A stretch of DNA of 64,000 bases from Rhodothermales bacterium (GCA_965215475.1 OZ244061.1:3431282-3495281); one strand, 5' to 3'. Counted from the stretch's first letter, positions 50,510 to 60,294 are shown. Translations and numbers: made by a program. The notes: generated by a model not told the origin, from the letters alone.

Positions 50510-51058
50510 ATGTATCGATTAATTCTACTTACTGTGAGTTTACTACCTGGTGTGGTTACAGCACAGGTATCCGTTGGTGATGTAATACCGGATATAGAAC
50601 TTCAAAATATGCGCGGGAGTAATACTTCGACCCATGCACTTTTTGGAGACCAAGGTGCTGCGTTTGTGTTTTGGAGTAATGATTGCAACTGGACGGATCA
50701 GTATGAAGCTCGCGTTGAAGAACTAAATACGGAAAGTATTCCGATAATTTTGGTGAACAGTAATGATGCAACGGTTTTCCCGAAGGAGGCTGGGCCCGGA
50801 AAACAGTACGATGTAGCATATGTTCGTGATCTGGGGGGGCGTTTAGCTCAGATTTTAGGTGCAGAGAGAACCCCACATGTATTTGTTTTTGATCAAGGGA
50901 AAACACTTGTCTATGCAGGAGGGATTGATGATTCCCCTGCCGACGCACAGCAAGTGCAGGCAGCGTGGTTTAAAGATGCGATTGAACAGCTCTCAGGTGG
51001 GGAATCTGTGCGTGTTTCCCCTACAAAATCATTCGGTTGCCGGATTAAACTACCGTGA
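50510..51058 (+). CDS. secreted thioredoxin-fold (TlpA/redoxin-like) protein, single Cys in place of CxxC
   Basis: Signal peptide; FVFWSNDCNWTDQ where the CxxC would be; the redoxin-like PHVFVFD block. Confidence 0.55.
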   Translation: MYRLILLTVSLLPGVVTAQVSVGDVIPDIELQNMRGSNTSTHALFGDQGAAFVFWSNDCNWTDQYEARVEELNTESIPIILVNSNDATVFPKEAGPGKQYDVAYVRDLGGRLAQILGAERTPHVFVFDQGKTLVYAGGIDDSPADAQQVQAAWFKDAIEQLSGGESVRVSPTKSFGCRIKLP

Positions 51059-51993
51059 CGATTGCGGAAATAGAAGCGCGATTCACAGGGTTGAATCGTG
51101 GGAGTAGTACTTTTGCTCAGATGGAGCAGGTACTAGAGAACTATCAGAGAGCACATTGTGAAATTTATCGGCGCTTTGGAGAGAAGTATCTGCCCGTGTC
51201 GGCATTCAAGCATGCCGAAATTGCAACATTCCCGGTCTCAGAAGCAGAGCGTATATTTCGGAGTAGTGCGACCGGGAGTGGACTTCGAAGTCAACATTTT
51301 GTGAAACGGTTAGCCGTGTATGAGGCTTCTGTGTGTACAGCTTTTGAAGCCGCTTTTGGGGAGGGGCCATACACAATTTGGGCTCATTTACCGGGGTATT
51401 CTACTGAGTCATCTCTCGTTTGTATGCTGAAAATTCTCATTCAGCGGTATGGTGACGAGAGAAGTCAGTTCTTCTTGACCAATGAACTTCCTGGTGATGC
51501 CCGAGATTTCGCTTCTCCCTTGATATTTTTTGGTGCTGCATTTGGACTTCTATCTTTGCTTGAAGAAGGTCCTTGGTCCTTGCCTCAAAGTGCACGGATT
51601 GTAGAAACAGGTGGAATGAAAACCTATCAACGGGAGGTAACCCGGAGGGAACTCCATACGCGTTTAGCAGAGGGGTTTGGTATCCAGAAAGATCATGTCT
51701 GGAGTGAGTACGGGATGTGTGAACTCCTGAGTCAAGCTTATGCCCAAGGTGGGTCTGTATACATGCCTCCACCATGGATACGGGTTCAAATCGTGGATCC
51801 ATATGATTCTAAAAAGATTTTACCTGATGGGCAGGCAGGGCTGATCACGGTCACCGATTTAGCAAACATTCACACGGTCTCCAGTATTCTCACAGAGGAT
51901 CTGGGAGTGAGTCATGGAGAAGGATTTGAAGTTTTGGGACGTTTCCCAGGAAGTGCATTGAGGGGGTGCAATTTTTTATTGGAGGATATGTAA
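51055..51993 (+). CDS. LuxE-like acyl-protein synthetase / acyltransferase family protein
   Basis: 312 aa. The call rests on overall resemblance to Bacteroidota proteins labelled LuxE/PaaK-family (IVETGGMKTYQREV...). Family recognition only. Confidence 0.45.
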   Translation: MTIAEIEARFTGLNRGSSTFAQMEQVLENYQRAHCEIYRRFGEKYLPVSAFKHAEIATFPVSEAERIFRSSATGSGLRSQHFVKRLAVYEASVCTAFEAAFGEGPYTIWAHLPGYSTESSLVCMLKILIQRYGDERSQFFLTNELPGDARDFASPLIFFGAAFGLLSLLEEGPWSLPQSARIVETGGMKTYQREVTRRELHTRLAEGFGIQKDHVWSEYGMCELLSQAYAQGGSVYMPPPWIRVQIVDPYDSKKILPDGQAGLITVTDLANIHTVSSILTEDLGVSHGEGFEVLGRFPGSALRGCNFLLEDM

Positions 51994-52140
51994 AAATTCA
52001 AAAGATCATTCGGATGTACTCAAGATGAGAAGTGGTTTAATTAGGGAATTGTAGGCCAAACTGTAATCCATCCTTACTTTTTCGAGGATCTATTTTTTCG
52101 TGATCCTGATTCGCCAAGCTAACCACTACTTGACGCATAA

Positions 52141-54232
52141 CAAAACTTAACCCTATTTTTTCCTGAACGTAGGATTTTTTGGTTAAAAACGTCCTCTTTT
52201 TCCCTTCCTCCGCCCCGTTTTTCGGTCTGAATCTGCCTTTTTGTGTATGCTAAGCATATGTTTTTGTGCGTTTTTGATCCCCAGATTCATTTTAAAAAGT
52301 GCGCCCATGTAAATATTTGTTGATTTTGGGTTATTTATTGCAATTTATGTCGTATATTTACGTTTTAGCAAACCTATTTGAGCCCATGTATTTAGCCGAA
52401 ATCCCGAACCGCAATTCCCCCTCCACCTGGCTCGTGCGAACCTCCACGCGAGACGGCAAACGAACCATCAAAAAAACCATCGCCAATGTAACGCACCTTC
52501 CCGAACCCATTCGCGAAGGACTGCGAACGCTCTTGCAGGGAGGCCATGCCATCCAGTCCTTCAAGGAGGCACTGCACACCCAGCGTACCCGGCACCATGG
52601 GCATGTTGCGGTGGTGCTACACATGATGAAGCATCTCAAAATGACATCCCTCATTGCGCCAAAGAATTCGCGCTTTCGACGATTGGTTCTCGGCATGATT
52701 GCGGCCCGGGTCATCAAGCCCGCCAGCAAACTGCAGACCAGTGACATGTTGGACAAGACCAGCTGTATCACAACGCTCCATGAAGAACTTGACCTCAAGC
52801 ATGTGGACCAGAATGATCTCTATGAGGCCATGGATGAATTGGCCGCCTGCAAGACCAAGATCGAATGCAAGTTAGCCAAACGCCATCTCACCGAAGGTGG
52901 AATGGTGCTGTATGATGTGACCAGCAGCTACTTGGAGGGCGATAAAAATGCATTTGGAGCATATGGCTATAACCGGGACAAGAAAAAAGGGAAAAAACAA
53001 ATTGTGTATGGATTGATGACCGATAAGGAAGGATGTCCGGTCTCCGTAGACGTCTTTCCTGGCAATACCCCCGATATCAAGACCCTTGGCGCTCAGATCT
53101 CCAAGCTCCAAAATACGTTTGGGTTCAAGCATGTGATCTTGGTCGGAGATCGCGGGCTTTTGAAGCAGAAACAGATTCAGGAGGAGATCATCCCTGTGGG
53201 GTTGGATTGGATTACGGGCATGCAAAAACAGGAGATCCGTGAGGTGGTGGAGCAAGAGAAAACGCAAATGAGCTTGTTTGACCAACAGGATCTGGTGGAG
53301 ATTCAAAGCGATCTCTATCCCAAGGAACGCCTCGTGCTATGCAGGAACCCCTTTCAGGCGGCAAAGACTAAGAAAACCCGTGAGGATCTTTTGGCGAAGG
53401 CCGACGCAAAATTGGACCAGATCCTTGCGGCAACCACCCGTACACCCCGCCGACTCAAAGACAAGGCCAAGATTGGAATGCGCGTGGAGCGTGCACTGGG
53501 GAAACACAAATTAAAGAAATTCTATCTCCTTGAGATCGAGGAAGGGTATTTCTCGTATACCCATAATGCGGAGGCGATTCAGAGGGCCGAGCGCCTGGAT
53601 GGGGTCTATGCGATCCGGTCCAGCTTGAAACAGCCCGCTGAGCAGTTGGTGTCGGACTACAAACGATTGTCCACCGTAGAACGCGCCTTCCGCGTGATGA
53701 AATCCATCTCCCTGCGCGTACGCCCCATCCATCATGTCAAATCCGAGCGGGTCATTGCTCATGTCTTCTTATGTATGCTGGCCTATTATGTAGAATACCA
53801 TCTACGAAAGAAACTTGCCCCCATCACGTTTGCCGAAGAGGATCTGGAAGCAAAAAGAGCCCAGAGAGAGAATATGGTGAAGCCGTCCAAGAATGCAAAC
53901 AGGAACGCACACAACAAGAAGACCAAAGACGCGGAAAGACCCAAGAGTTTTGAGTCCATCATGGAAGAACTCTCTGGGGTATGCCGTGTAACGGGCGTTC
54001 TAAACGTAAAGGCCGACGAGGATCACGAAGTGAAGTTTGTGGACAATGAACTGACCCCGACCCAACGTCAAGTATTCAAACTTCTGAAGATCAAGTCTCT
54101 GTGTTGATTCGGTTCATCAAACCGAATCAGACTCCCGCCATTGCTCCTTGAACAACATCATTTTTTAAAAAATCCATCCAAATGGTGCGGGAAATCTGCG
54201 CTTTTTTCAGAAAAAAATAGGGTTAAGTTTTG
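52141..54232 (+). mobile_element. IS1634-family insertion sequence, 2092 bp, with a 6-bp target duplication
   Basis: Perfect 21-bp IRs: CAAAACTTAACCCTATTTTTT at 52141..52161 and its complement at 54212..54232. GCATAA lies on both flanks (52135..52140 and 54233..54238). Confidence 0.85.
52386..54107 (+). CDS. IS1634-family DDE transposase
   Basis: The start is probably ATG 52386 (MYLAEIPNRNSPSTWLVRTSTRDGKRTIKKTI). DDE_Tnp_1-type blocks include VLYDVTSSY, VILVGDRGL and YKRLSTVERAFRVMKS. Confidence 0.8.
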   Translation: MYLAEIPNRNSPSTWLVRTSTRDGKRTIKKTIANVTHLPEPIREGLRTLLQGGHAIQSFKEALHTQRTRHHGHVAVVLHMMKHLKMTSLIAPKNSRFRRLVLGMIAARVIKPASKLQTSDMLDKTSCITTLHEELDLKHVDQNDLYEAMDELAACKTKIECKLAKRHLTEGGMVLYDVTSSYLEGDKNAFGAYGYNRDKKKGKKQIVYGLMTDKEGCPVSVDVFPGNTPDIKTLGAQISKLQNTFGFKHVILVGDRGLLKQKQIQEEIIPVGLDWITGMQKQEIREVVEQEKTQMSLFDQQDLVEIQSDLYPKERLVLCRNPFQAAKTKKTREDLLAKADAKLDQILAATTRTPRRLKDKAKIGMRVERALGKHKLKKFYLLEIEEGYFSYTHNAEAIQRAERLDGVYAIRSSLKQPAEQLVSDYKRLSTVERAFRVMKSISLRVRPIHHVKSERVIAHVFLCMLAYYVEYHLRKKLAPITFAEEDLEAKRAQRENMVKPSKNANRNAHNKKTKDAERPKSFESIMEELSGVCRVTGVLNVKADEDHEVKFVDNELTPTQRQVFKLLKIKSLC

Positions 54233-54238
54233 GCATAA

Positions 54239-54382
54239 TCATTTCCTTGTATCTGGGGGCTTGGTTACGAGTTCATCCAACATTTCATACGCACGGGCTT
54301 TCGCAGATGCATCAGATTTCGGTTTGTTGGCATAGGGATCGTTCATAATTTCGAGATTAAAGTAGTTTGTCCAGTTGCCCAT
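54239..54382 (-). CDS. small hypothetical ORF (47 aa)
   Basis: MGNWTNYFNLEIMNDPYANKPKSDASAKARAYEMLDELVTKPPDTRK, lying between the IR palindrome and the IS1634 end. No homology recognised. Confidence 0.25.
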   Translation of the reverse strand: MGNWTNYFNLEIMNDPYANKPKSDASAKARAYEMLDELVTKPPDTRK

Positions 54383-54407
54383 GTTGAACAAATAGACACA
54401 TTTACAA

Positions 54408-54454
54408 CAAAACTTAACCCTATTTTTTTCAGAAAAAAATAGGGTTAAGTTTTG
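54408..54454. repeat. 47-bp palindrome made of the two IS1634-type inverted repeats joined head to head
   Basis: CAAAACTTAACCCTATTTTTTT-cag-AAAAAAATAGGGTTAAGTTTTG. Each arm is identical to the IS ends at 52141 and 54232. Confidence 0.85.
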
Positions 54455-54939
54455 ACATATGGAATACTGTAATTTCTGACCCGGTAGGCTCGGCGTGGTT
54501 TCCCAATAACTTCTCCTGTGATTTCGAACGTCATGGTTGTGGCAGGCCGCCAAAACTCCACACTGTTGGAAGCAATCGGTTTATTCTTACCCAAATACAT
54601 ATTGCCAGAGGAAACGGGGCCCTGAAGTAAACCACTGTAAAGACTGTCAAAGCCACCTTGACATATGCCTGAAATACTTTGAATGATTGAGACTACATTC
54701 GGTATGTGGCCAAGGTAACTTTGCTCCAGTACGACCACATCCTCCAAATGCGGTGGAGTGAGATTGTGACAGCTACGGAATTTCAGATTCCACATTCCAC
54801 CGACTTCAAAAGAGCTTTCCACAGGCATGAAGGGAAAGTTGTCTCTTTCGGAAAGCCGTATGCCCTTTCCGGTTTCAGTAATCGCACCGATACAATAACA
54901 ACTCTTAGCGCGGGTCTTGGCGACAATGTAGCATCTCAT
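54445..54939 (-). CDS. hypothetical 164-aa protein, third gene of the DUF488 cassette
   Basis: Cys-containing soluble protein (MRCYIVAKTRAKSCYCIGAITETGKGIRLSE...). I cannot assign a family. The last two codons and the stop lie inside the IR palindrome. Confidence 0.55.
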   Translation of the reverse strand: MRCYIVAKTRAKSCYCIGAITETGKGIRLSERDNFPFMPVESSFEVGGMWNLKFRSCHNLTPPHLEDVVVLEQSYLGHIPNVVSIIQSISGICQGGFDSLYSGLLQGPVSSGNMYLGKNKPIASNSVEFWRPATTMTFEITGEVIGKPRRAYRVRNYSIPYVKT

Positions 54940-54983
54940 GGCATCAAGTCACTATGACTCACAGTTGTTTAAAGAAGATTATC

Positions 54984-55508
54984 TCATGATTCGTATTCTG
55001 ACTCAGGCACAGGTGTCAGGTCACCTTTCACTGAGACCCCCAATTGCTCAGCAAGATAGGTGGCAAGAATGGAACGGTGGCAAGATTCAAGATGACTCTC
55101 CACACAAAACAATGCTACGCTTTCCACTGGCTGATTTAGGCAATCCGAAAGAGCGTTTTTAAAAATCTCAATTCCCTTTTGATCAATAAGAATTTGCCTC
55201 CTGTATTCATTCACGTACGCCTCGCAGAGCCCGCTACGCCAGTACTTGCCTTGTTTGTGTTCTTTGTCATAGTTGGACTGGATAGTGCGAATTTCCTTGG
55301 TCGGGGCTAAATCCCTTACATGAATGTATTCAATACCGCGTCCTTTACATCCTTCCGATAAGCGTCCCTTGTTGAAGAACTTATATTTGCTACCTCGCAT
55401 CCCCGCACGACGCCGTATATCCATCAAGACATTGACTCCCTCTTTACAGAGTGCGTCAAGGAATGACTCACGTGTCGTCCCGTAAGCACCAATTGTCCAA
55501 ATAATCAT
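54984..55508 (-). CDS. DUF488-family protein (paralog B)
   Basis: 174 aa. N-terminus IWTIGAYGTTRESFLDAL...VNVLMDIRR; C-terminus LFCVESHLESCHRSILA. Confidence 0.75.
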   Translation of the reverse strand: MIIWTIGAYGTTRESFLDALCKEGVNVLMDIRRRAGMRGSKYKFFNKGRLSEGCKGRGIEYIHVRDLAPTKEIRTIQSNYDKEHKQGKYWRSGLCEAYVNEYRRQILIDQKGIEIFKNALSDCLNQPVESVALFCVESHLESCHRSILATYLAEQLGVSVKGDLTPVPESEYES

Positions 55509-56074
55509 AACACCGGGCGAGTCGATAAATCTCTTCGCCGGGGAACGTCATCAAAGAGTTCTTCCAGTCCCCCAGTTCGAATATTCATCACTTTCTCCTG
55601 ACTCATACTTCCACCGTCATTGAGTAGATGCTCAACTTCAATTCCTTCCTGTACGAGAGCCTCTCCGATCATTACGGACCTATGGCACTGCTCTGGCTTT
55701 GCCTCGGCACACATAAGACAGACGGTATAACCACGCTCGCATGCCGTGAGTAAACGAGCAATACCTTCCTGAAAGAAACCCTTAGCACGTACCTTAATGT
55801 AATTTACATGGTTGTTATCGTAACATGATTCATCGTCTGGGCGGCCGCCCAACTCCTTTCCCATGAATCCATACCCTAGCCCTGCGTCACGAAGTGACAT
55901 GGACAGAGGTTTTCGGGAAAACTCTGGCTGATACTTAGAGGATGGAAAGGAGCGAACGTCAATCACAAACTGCACCCCTTTCTCTTTTAGCTGGGACACA
56001 ATTTCGTCTATTGTACGCCCCCCGTGTCCGATCGTATATATACGAAATCTGGGCATTGAATTCAAAATATCCAA
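55505..56074 (-). CDS. DUF488-family protein (paralog A)
   Basis: 189 aa, or 183 aa from the Met at 56056. Marks are RIYTIGHGGRTIDEIVSQL...VQFVIDVRSFP and LMCAEAKPEQCHRSVM. It overlaps paralog B by 4 nt (ATGA). Confidence 0.8.
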   Translation of the reverse strand: MDILNSMPRFRIYTIGHGGRTIDEIVSQLKEKGVQFVIDVRSFPSSKYQPEFSRKPLSMSLRDAGLGYGFMGKELGGRPDDESCYDNNHVNYIKVRAKGFFQEGIARLLTACERGYTVCLMCAEAKPEQCHRSVMIGEALVQEGIEVEHLLNDGGSMSQEKVMNIRTGGLEELFDDVPRRRDLSTRPVL

Positions 56075-56494
56075 TGATGCTTCAAGTTAGACTCTTGCAA
56101 ACCCAAGCATAATGAAGTATGGGTCTGCCCAATATGTCGGGACAGTACATCCACACATCCGCTTTGTTTCCACAAAAAGAAAAGAGAATTATATCCGTGA
56201 ATGCTCGGACTGGTAAGAATAGTGCCTATTAGGATGAATGGGGACGGTGAATCCGAAATTAGTGGGACACTTTTTCTTGAAAAACGGGAGCCCCGAAATT
56301 TTAAAAAGATTGAACTCACACAATTAGTACTGTTCATCAAATGTAGGTTACACTTCTTCACCATGGATCTAGAAGGATAAGATATAAATAGTGAGGGGAT
56401 AGTGATCGTGTAGATTGGGATAGGGTGGTTTCAACAATTATGGAAGTTACGGTGTTACACAAGGCCCACCAGATAGATTCTTATCATAAGGTAC

Positions 56495-57538
56495 ATGGAT
56501 ACACTGGCTGTTACACTATCCCAAGCCGCCCATATATGGTCTGATCCCAGTCAACCACACAGAAGAGAAGCTGTGCAGGCAACCCTGACAGCATCTAACT
56601 CATTTACGAAAGAGGCCATGGAATACGCGATAGATCAACAAATGAGCGAGGTGACAGAATTCGCATTGAAGAAATGGATTGGGAAAAGAAGATCAAAACA
56701 TGTTTGTCAAGTTGGGGTGATCAATGCCGGGAATGTGCCATTCGTCGGATTGCAGGATCTTCTCGCCGTTCTTATTTGTGGTCATTCATATGTTGGTGTA
56801 TTGTCCAGTAAGTGCCCTTATCTTTTGCCTGCATTTGTTCAAACGGTTCGCGATCAAGGGGAAGATGTGGCTGTAAGCTTTGTAGATCGTAATACAATCT
56901 GGGAGCAGGTACACGCGGTTATGGCAACAGGCAGTGATGCAACGATTGCCCAAATCAGTTCTCTTGCGGCGGAAAGACAGATATCGACTCCAAAGTGTTT
57001 ATTCCGGAGTAATCGGTATGGGATTGCAATTCTGGATGGACATGAAACGGACGATGATTTAGATGACCTAGCAATGGATGCGTTGTTGCATGAGGGGATG
57101 GGATGCCGTAATGTAGCACTGATTTTTGCACCTATAGGACTTGAACCAGATCGGTGTCTCAAACACTTTGCCCACGTGCGAGGAGTGTTTCCTACACATC
57201 CCACCACACCGGGACGTTTGGAAATGCAAAGAGCTTACCTGGCCGCGCTCAAGCAGCCACATGCATATGGAGACGGTCTGGAATTTCTGATCAGCAAAGG
57301 CCCTGCTGAGGTTCAGGTTCCTGGACATGTTCGTTGGGTTGAGTATAAGAACCTTGATGAACTGACTCGCCTCGTTGAGGCAATTCGTAGCGAGGTGCAG
57401 TGCGTTGTTGCACATAAGAAATTATCTGCAATATTACCAGATGCCTGGGGCATTCAGTCTTTCGGCACCACCCAGAAACCTGCACTTGCATGGAAGCCCG
57501 ATCAGAGAGATACGATTGACTTTCTGTGTAACTTGTAG
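56495..57538 (+). CDS. LuxC-like acyl-CoA reductase family protein
   Basis: 347 aa with VINAGNVPFVGLQDLLAVLICGH and HEGMGCRNV blocks, as in Bacteroidota LuxC-type reductases. Family recognition only. Confidence 0.55.
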   Translation: MDTLAVTLSQAAHIWSDPSQPHRREAVQATLTASNSFTKEAMEYAIDQQMSEVTEFALKKWIGKRRSKHVCQVGVINAGNVPFVGLQDLLAVLICGHSYVGVLSSKCPYLLPAFVQTVRDQGEDVAVSFVDRNTIWEQVHAVMATGSDATIAQISSLAAERQISTPKCLFRSNRYGIAILDGHETDDDLDDLAMDALLHEGMGCRNVALIFAPIGLEPDRCLKHFAHVRGVFPTHPTTPGRLEMQRAYLAALKQPHAYGDGLEFLISKGPAEVQVPGHVRWVEYKNLDELTRLVEAIRSEVQCVVAHKKLSAILPDAWGIQSFGTTQKPALAWKPDQRDTIDFLCNL

Positions 57539-57593
57539 AGGAACAAGAAAAGGTTCGCACAAGTTTGCACGATTCTTGCAACGTAGCAATTGA

Positions 57594-58007
57594 TTGTTCA
57601 GAGACGTGAGGAAAACAAGTAAGTCTGATCGCTTTATATTGCATTCCAAGGAGCTAGTCAAAAATCTCCAGGTATGGTTGGATCTCAGAGTGCAGTTAGC
57701 AGGTTGGCAGTACTGGGATACGATCCTGCAAAATCGAAAAACGATCTATCTCGTGATCTTCACAGGGTTTTTGCTCGCTATCTCTGCGCTCTTTTTACTA
57801 GCTGCTATGGCAATGGGATTGGGATTTCTATTAGGGCATATAATATGGGGGTTTGTATCCGTTGGTGTGATTACGGGAGTTGGTGCTTGGCTCCTGAGTC
57901 GCGTAGTGATTCGGTTAATGAACCTTGAAACTGAAAAAACAGATCGTACGATCAAAAACAAGAATGGACAAAACGGATCAGAATCAGAAAAAGAAACGGA
58001 CGAGTAG
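57594..58007 (+). CDS. small membrane protein, Holin-X (Phage_holin_3_6)-like
   Basis: 137 aa with a TTG start, two adjacent TM helices and a K/E-rich tail. Confidence 0.5.
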   Translation: MFRDVRKTSKSDRFILHSKELVKNLQVWLDLRVQLAGWQYWDTILQNRKTIYLVIFTGFLLAISALFLLAAMAMGLGFLLGHIIWGFVSVGVITGVGAWLLSRVVIRLMNLETEKTDRTIKNKNGQNGSESEKETDE

Positions 58008-58467
58008 TGACGTCCGTGCAGCACTTGATGAGCGTGCACAACAAATTGAAAAACACCTAAGCGCACTTCGTCGTGAAGTGACGAATATGGTACCCCCGGT
58101 GAAGGATATCATTGTCAAACATCCTATTGGCAGTGCCTGTGCGGTTCTTGGTGCGGGTGTCGTACTCGGATATTTGATTGGAGGTAGTCGACGTGAAGGA
58201 ACGTCTGGGGATAGTGCACTGCTTGATGCAGTATTAGCTCCGATGGTTACATCAATTAAAGAGCGATTGGATGACGGAGAAAGTTCAGAAGAAGCGGTTC
58301 GCAGGGTTTTGCGCGCGTATGTTCCCCCTCAACGTAGCAGTACGCTCAACGAATTATTTCGATTACTCCTGCCTTTAGCGGTTGAAATGAGCCTGAATGC
58401 ACTTAATAATAAGGAGCAACAAAAGAACAAGGAGCAACAAAGCCCGGAAGATGATCTCCCATTCTGA
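57964..58467 (+). CDS. membrane-anchored hypothetical protein
   Basis: The start is taken at MDKTDQNQ. It has an N-terminal charged helix and a single TM segment (GSACAVLGAGVVLGYLIGG). Confidence 0.45.
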   Translation: MDKTDQNQKKKRTSSDVRAALDERAQQIEKHLSALRREVTNMVPPVKDIIVKHPIGSACAVLGAGVVLGYLIGGSRREGTSGDSALLDAVLAPMVTSIKERLDDGESSEEAVRRVLRAYVPPQRSSTLNELFRLLLPLAVEMSLNALNNKEQQKNKEQQSPEDDLPF

Positions 58468-58510
58468 CGGCCATGGTCGCTGAGATGAGGTTAACACATA
58501 CATCATAAGG

Positions 58511-59179
58511 ATGGGACAGAGGAAGAATCATGAGGTTGTTGAAGCGAATCATCGACTTGTCTTCCTGGGCCCCCCAGGTTCAGGGAAGGGAACACAGGCA
58601 AGGTTGTTGGCGACGAAGCGTGGTTTAACCCATATATCGACTGGCGTTATTCTCCGCACAGAAATAAAAGCGGAGACTCCAATAGGTGTTGAGGCAAGAA
58701 AATATATTGTGACAGGTCGTCTGGTTCCTGACGAAATGGTACGCTCATTAGCCGAGGATGCGATTGGTGCTACAAATTGTCGAGGATTTATTCTTGATGG
58801 ATATCCCCGCACCATCCAGCAGGCTCAGTGGTTACATGAATTTTTACATGCGCAAGGGACTCCCTTGACCGCTGTGGTCCAGTTAGTGATTGACGATGAA
58901 GATGTAGTGTCGCGCTTATCTCAGCGGCGGATTCATTCGCTTACCGGTGAAAATTTTCACCTATCGAATAAACCGCCACCCAAAGAAGAGACGGAATTTA
59001 TCGTCTCTCGACCAGATGATCAGCCGAATGCAATTCGAAAACGACTGAGAGTTTATTATCGTGAGACGTATCCACTGATTGAATATTATGATGCCAAAGG
59101 ACTCCTTTTGCCCATTGAAGCCATCGGTTCATTTGCTGAGGTATATACACAGATATGCTCAACCCTAGAAATGCCGTAG
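58511..59179 (+). CDS. adk: adenylate kinase
   Basis: P-loop FLGPPGSGKGTQA; GFILDGYPRT; short lid without Cys. Confidence 0.9.
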   Translation: MGQRKNHEVVEANHRLVFLGPPGSGKGTQARLLATKRGLTHISTGVILRTEIKAETPIGVEARKYIVTGRLVPDEMVRSLAEDAIGATNCRGFILDGYPRTIQQAQWLHEFLHAQGTPLTAVVQLVIDDEDVVSRLSQRRIHSLTGENFHLSNKPPPKEETEFIVSRPDDQPNAIRKRLRVYYRETYPLIEYYDAKGLLLPIEAIGSFAEVYTQICSTLEMP

Positions 59180-59204
59180 TTTATAAGAATTAAGTTGATC
59201 ACCC

Positions 59205-60194
59205 ATGGGAAGGCATCAGGACACTGACCTGAAAGTAAGGCTTGAGATGTTCCGGAATGAGATCAATTCGGGACTCCTGGATTTGGTCAAGCATCACAAT
59301 CCAAATGAGCTTTATGACTCTGTACGGTACGTTCTTTCAGGTGGAGGTAAGCGTGTGCGACCCGTGTTGTTACTCCTTTCAGCAGATGTATTTGGAGTTA
59401 GAAACACAAATTCAATACCACTAGCTTTGGCAGTCGAGCTAGTTCATAACTTTTCTCTTGTCCATGATGATATCATGGACAATGCGGACAGTCGTAGAGG
59501 ACGAAAAACCATTCACGTTTTGTGGAATTTAGATACAGCAATTTTGTGTGGTGACGTATTACTTGCCCTAGCATCTGAATGTGTTGGAAAGGCAAAGTCA
59601 GAACACACTGCGCGACTGAATCGTGTATTTGGGAGGATGATTCGCAAACTATGTGAGGGGCAAGCACTCGATATGGTTATCGGAAATAGCGATAATCTCA
59701 CGACCGCCGATTATTTACATATGGTTGATGGAAAGACAGGTGCACTCCTATCGGCGTCACTTGAAATGGGGGGGATTGCTGGTAATGCAGACTCCGATTC
59801 CTGTACGGCTTTAAGGGAGGCTGGTAAATTTATAGGGAGGGCATTTCAGATTAAGGATGATCTTCTAGATCTGGTAGCCGAAGATCAACGCTGGGGGAAA
59901 GTTCAGGGAGGAGATTTGATGGAGGGGAAAGGGTCGTATCTACTGACGGAAGCACGTCAGAGAGCCACGGGGGAAGATGCAACATTCTTTGCGGGAATTT
60001 ATCCTGGTTCAGGACTAACGGAGGAGGAAATTCCGAAGGCACGGGCTCGAATGGAAGCACTAGGGGTACTAGATGCAGCACAGGAAAATGTTCTTGGCTA
60101 TACCCAACAGGCTCTAGACCGAATTGGTTCACTCTCGGGCAATACCGAGGATCTTCGACTCCTTATACAGGAGATAGGCTCCAGGATCTATTAG
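59205..60194 (+). CDS. polyprenyl diphosphate synthase (trans-IPPS, GGPP/long-chain type)
   Basis: First Asp-rich motif LVHDDIMDNADSRRG; second FQIKDDLLD. Confidence 0.85.
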   Translation: MGRHQDTDLKVRLEMFRNEINSGLLDLVKHHNPNELYDSVRYVLSGGGKRVRPVLLLLSADVFGVRNTNSIPLALAVELVHNFSLVHDDIMDNADSRRGRKTIHVLWNLDTAILCGDVLLALASECVGKAKSEHTARLNRVFGRMIRKLCEGQALDMVIGNSDNLTTADYLHMVDGKTGALLSASLEMGGIAGNADSDSCTALREAGKFIGRAFQIKDDLLDLVAEDQRWGKVQGGDLMEGKGSYLLTEARQRATGEDATFFAGIYPGSGLTEEEIPKARARMEALGVLDAAQENVLGYTQQALDRIGSLSGNTEDLRLLIQEIGSRIY

Positions 60195-60294
60195 GATTGA
60201 TCCGTTTATTCGATGCACGGTTCAAGTACCCTTGAACCGAAGACACACTGGTTCTCGTAACTGATTGGGTTCGTGGACCGGAAATGATTTGATC

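Noticed and set aside
57594-58467. A Holin-X-like small membrane protein that might indicate a prophage lysis cassette.
   Set aside because: No endolysin, terminase, capsid, tail or integrase genes are nearby. The neighbours are housekeeping genes (adk, polyprenyl synthase). This family is common as a chromosomal stress-membrane protein.
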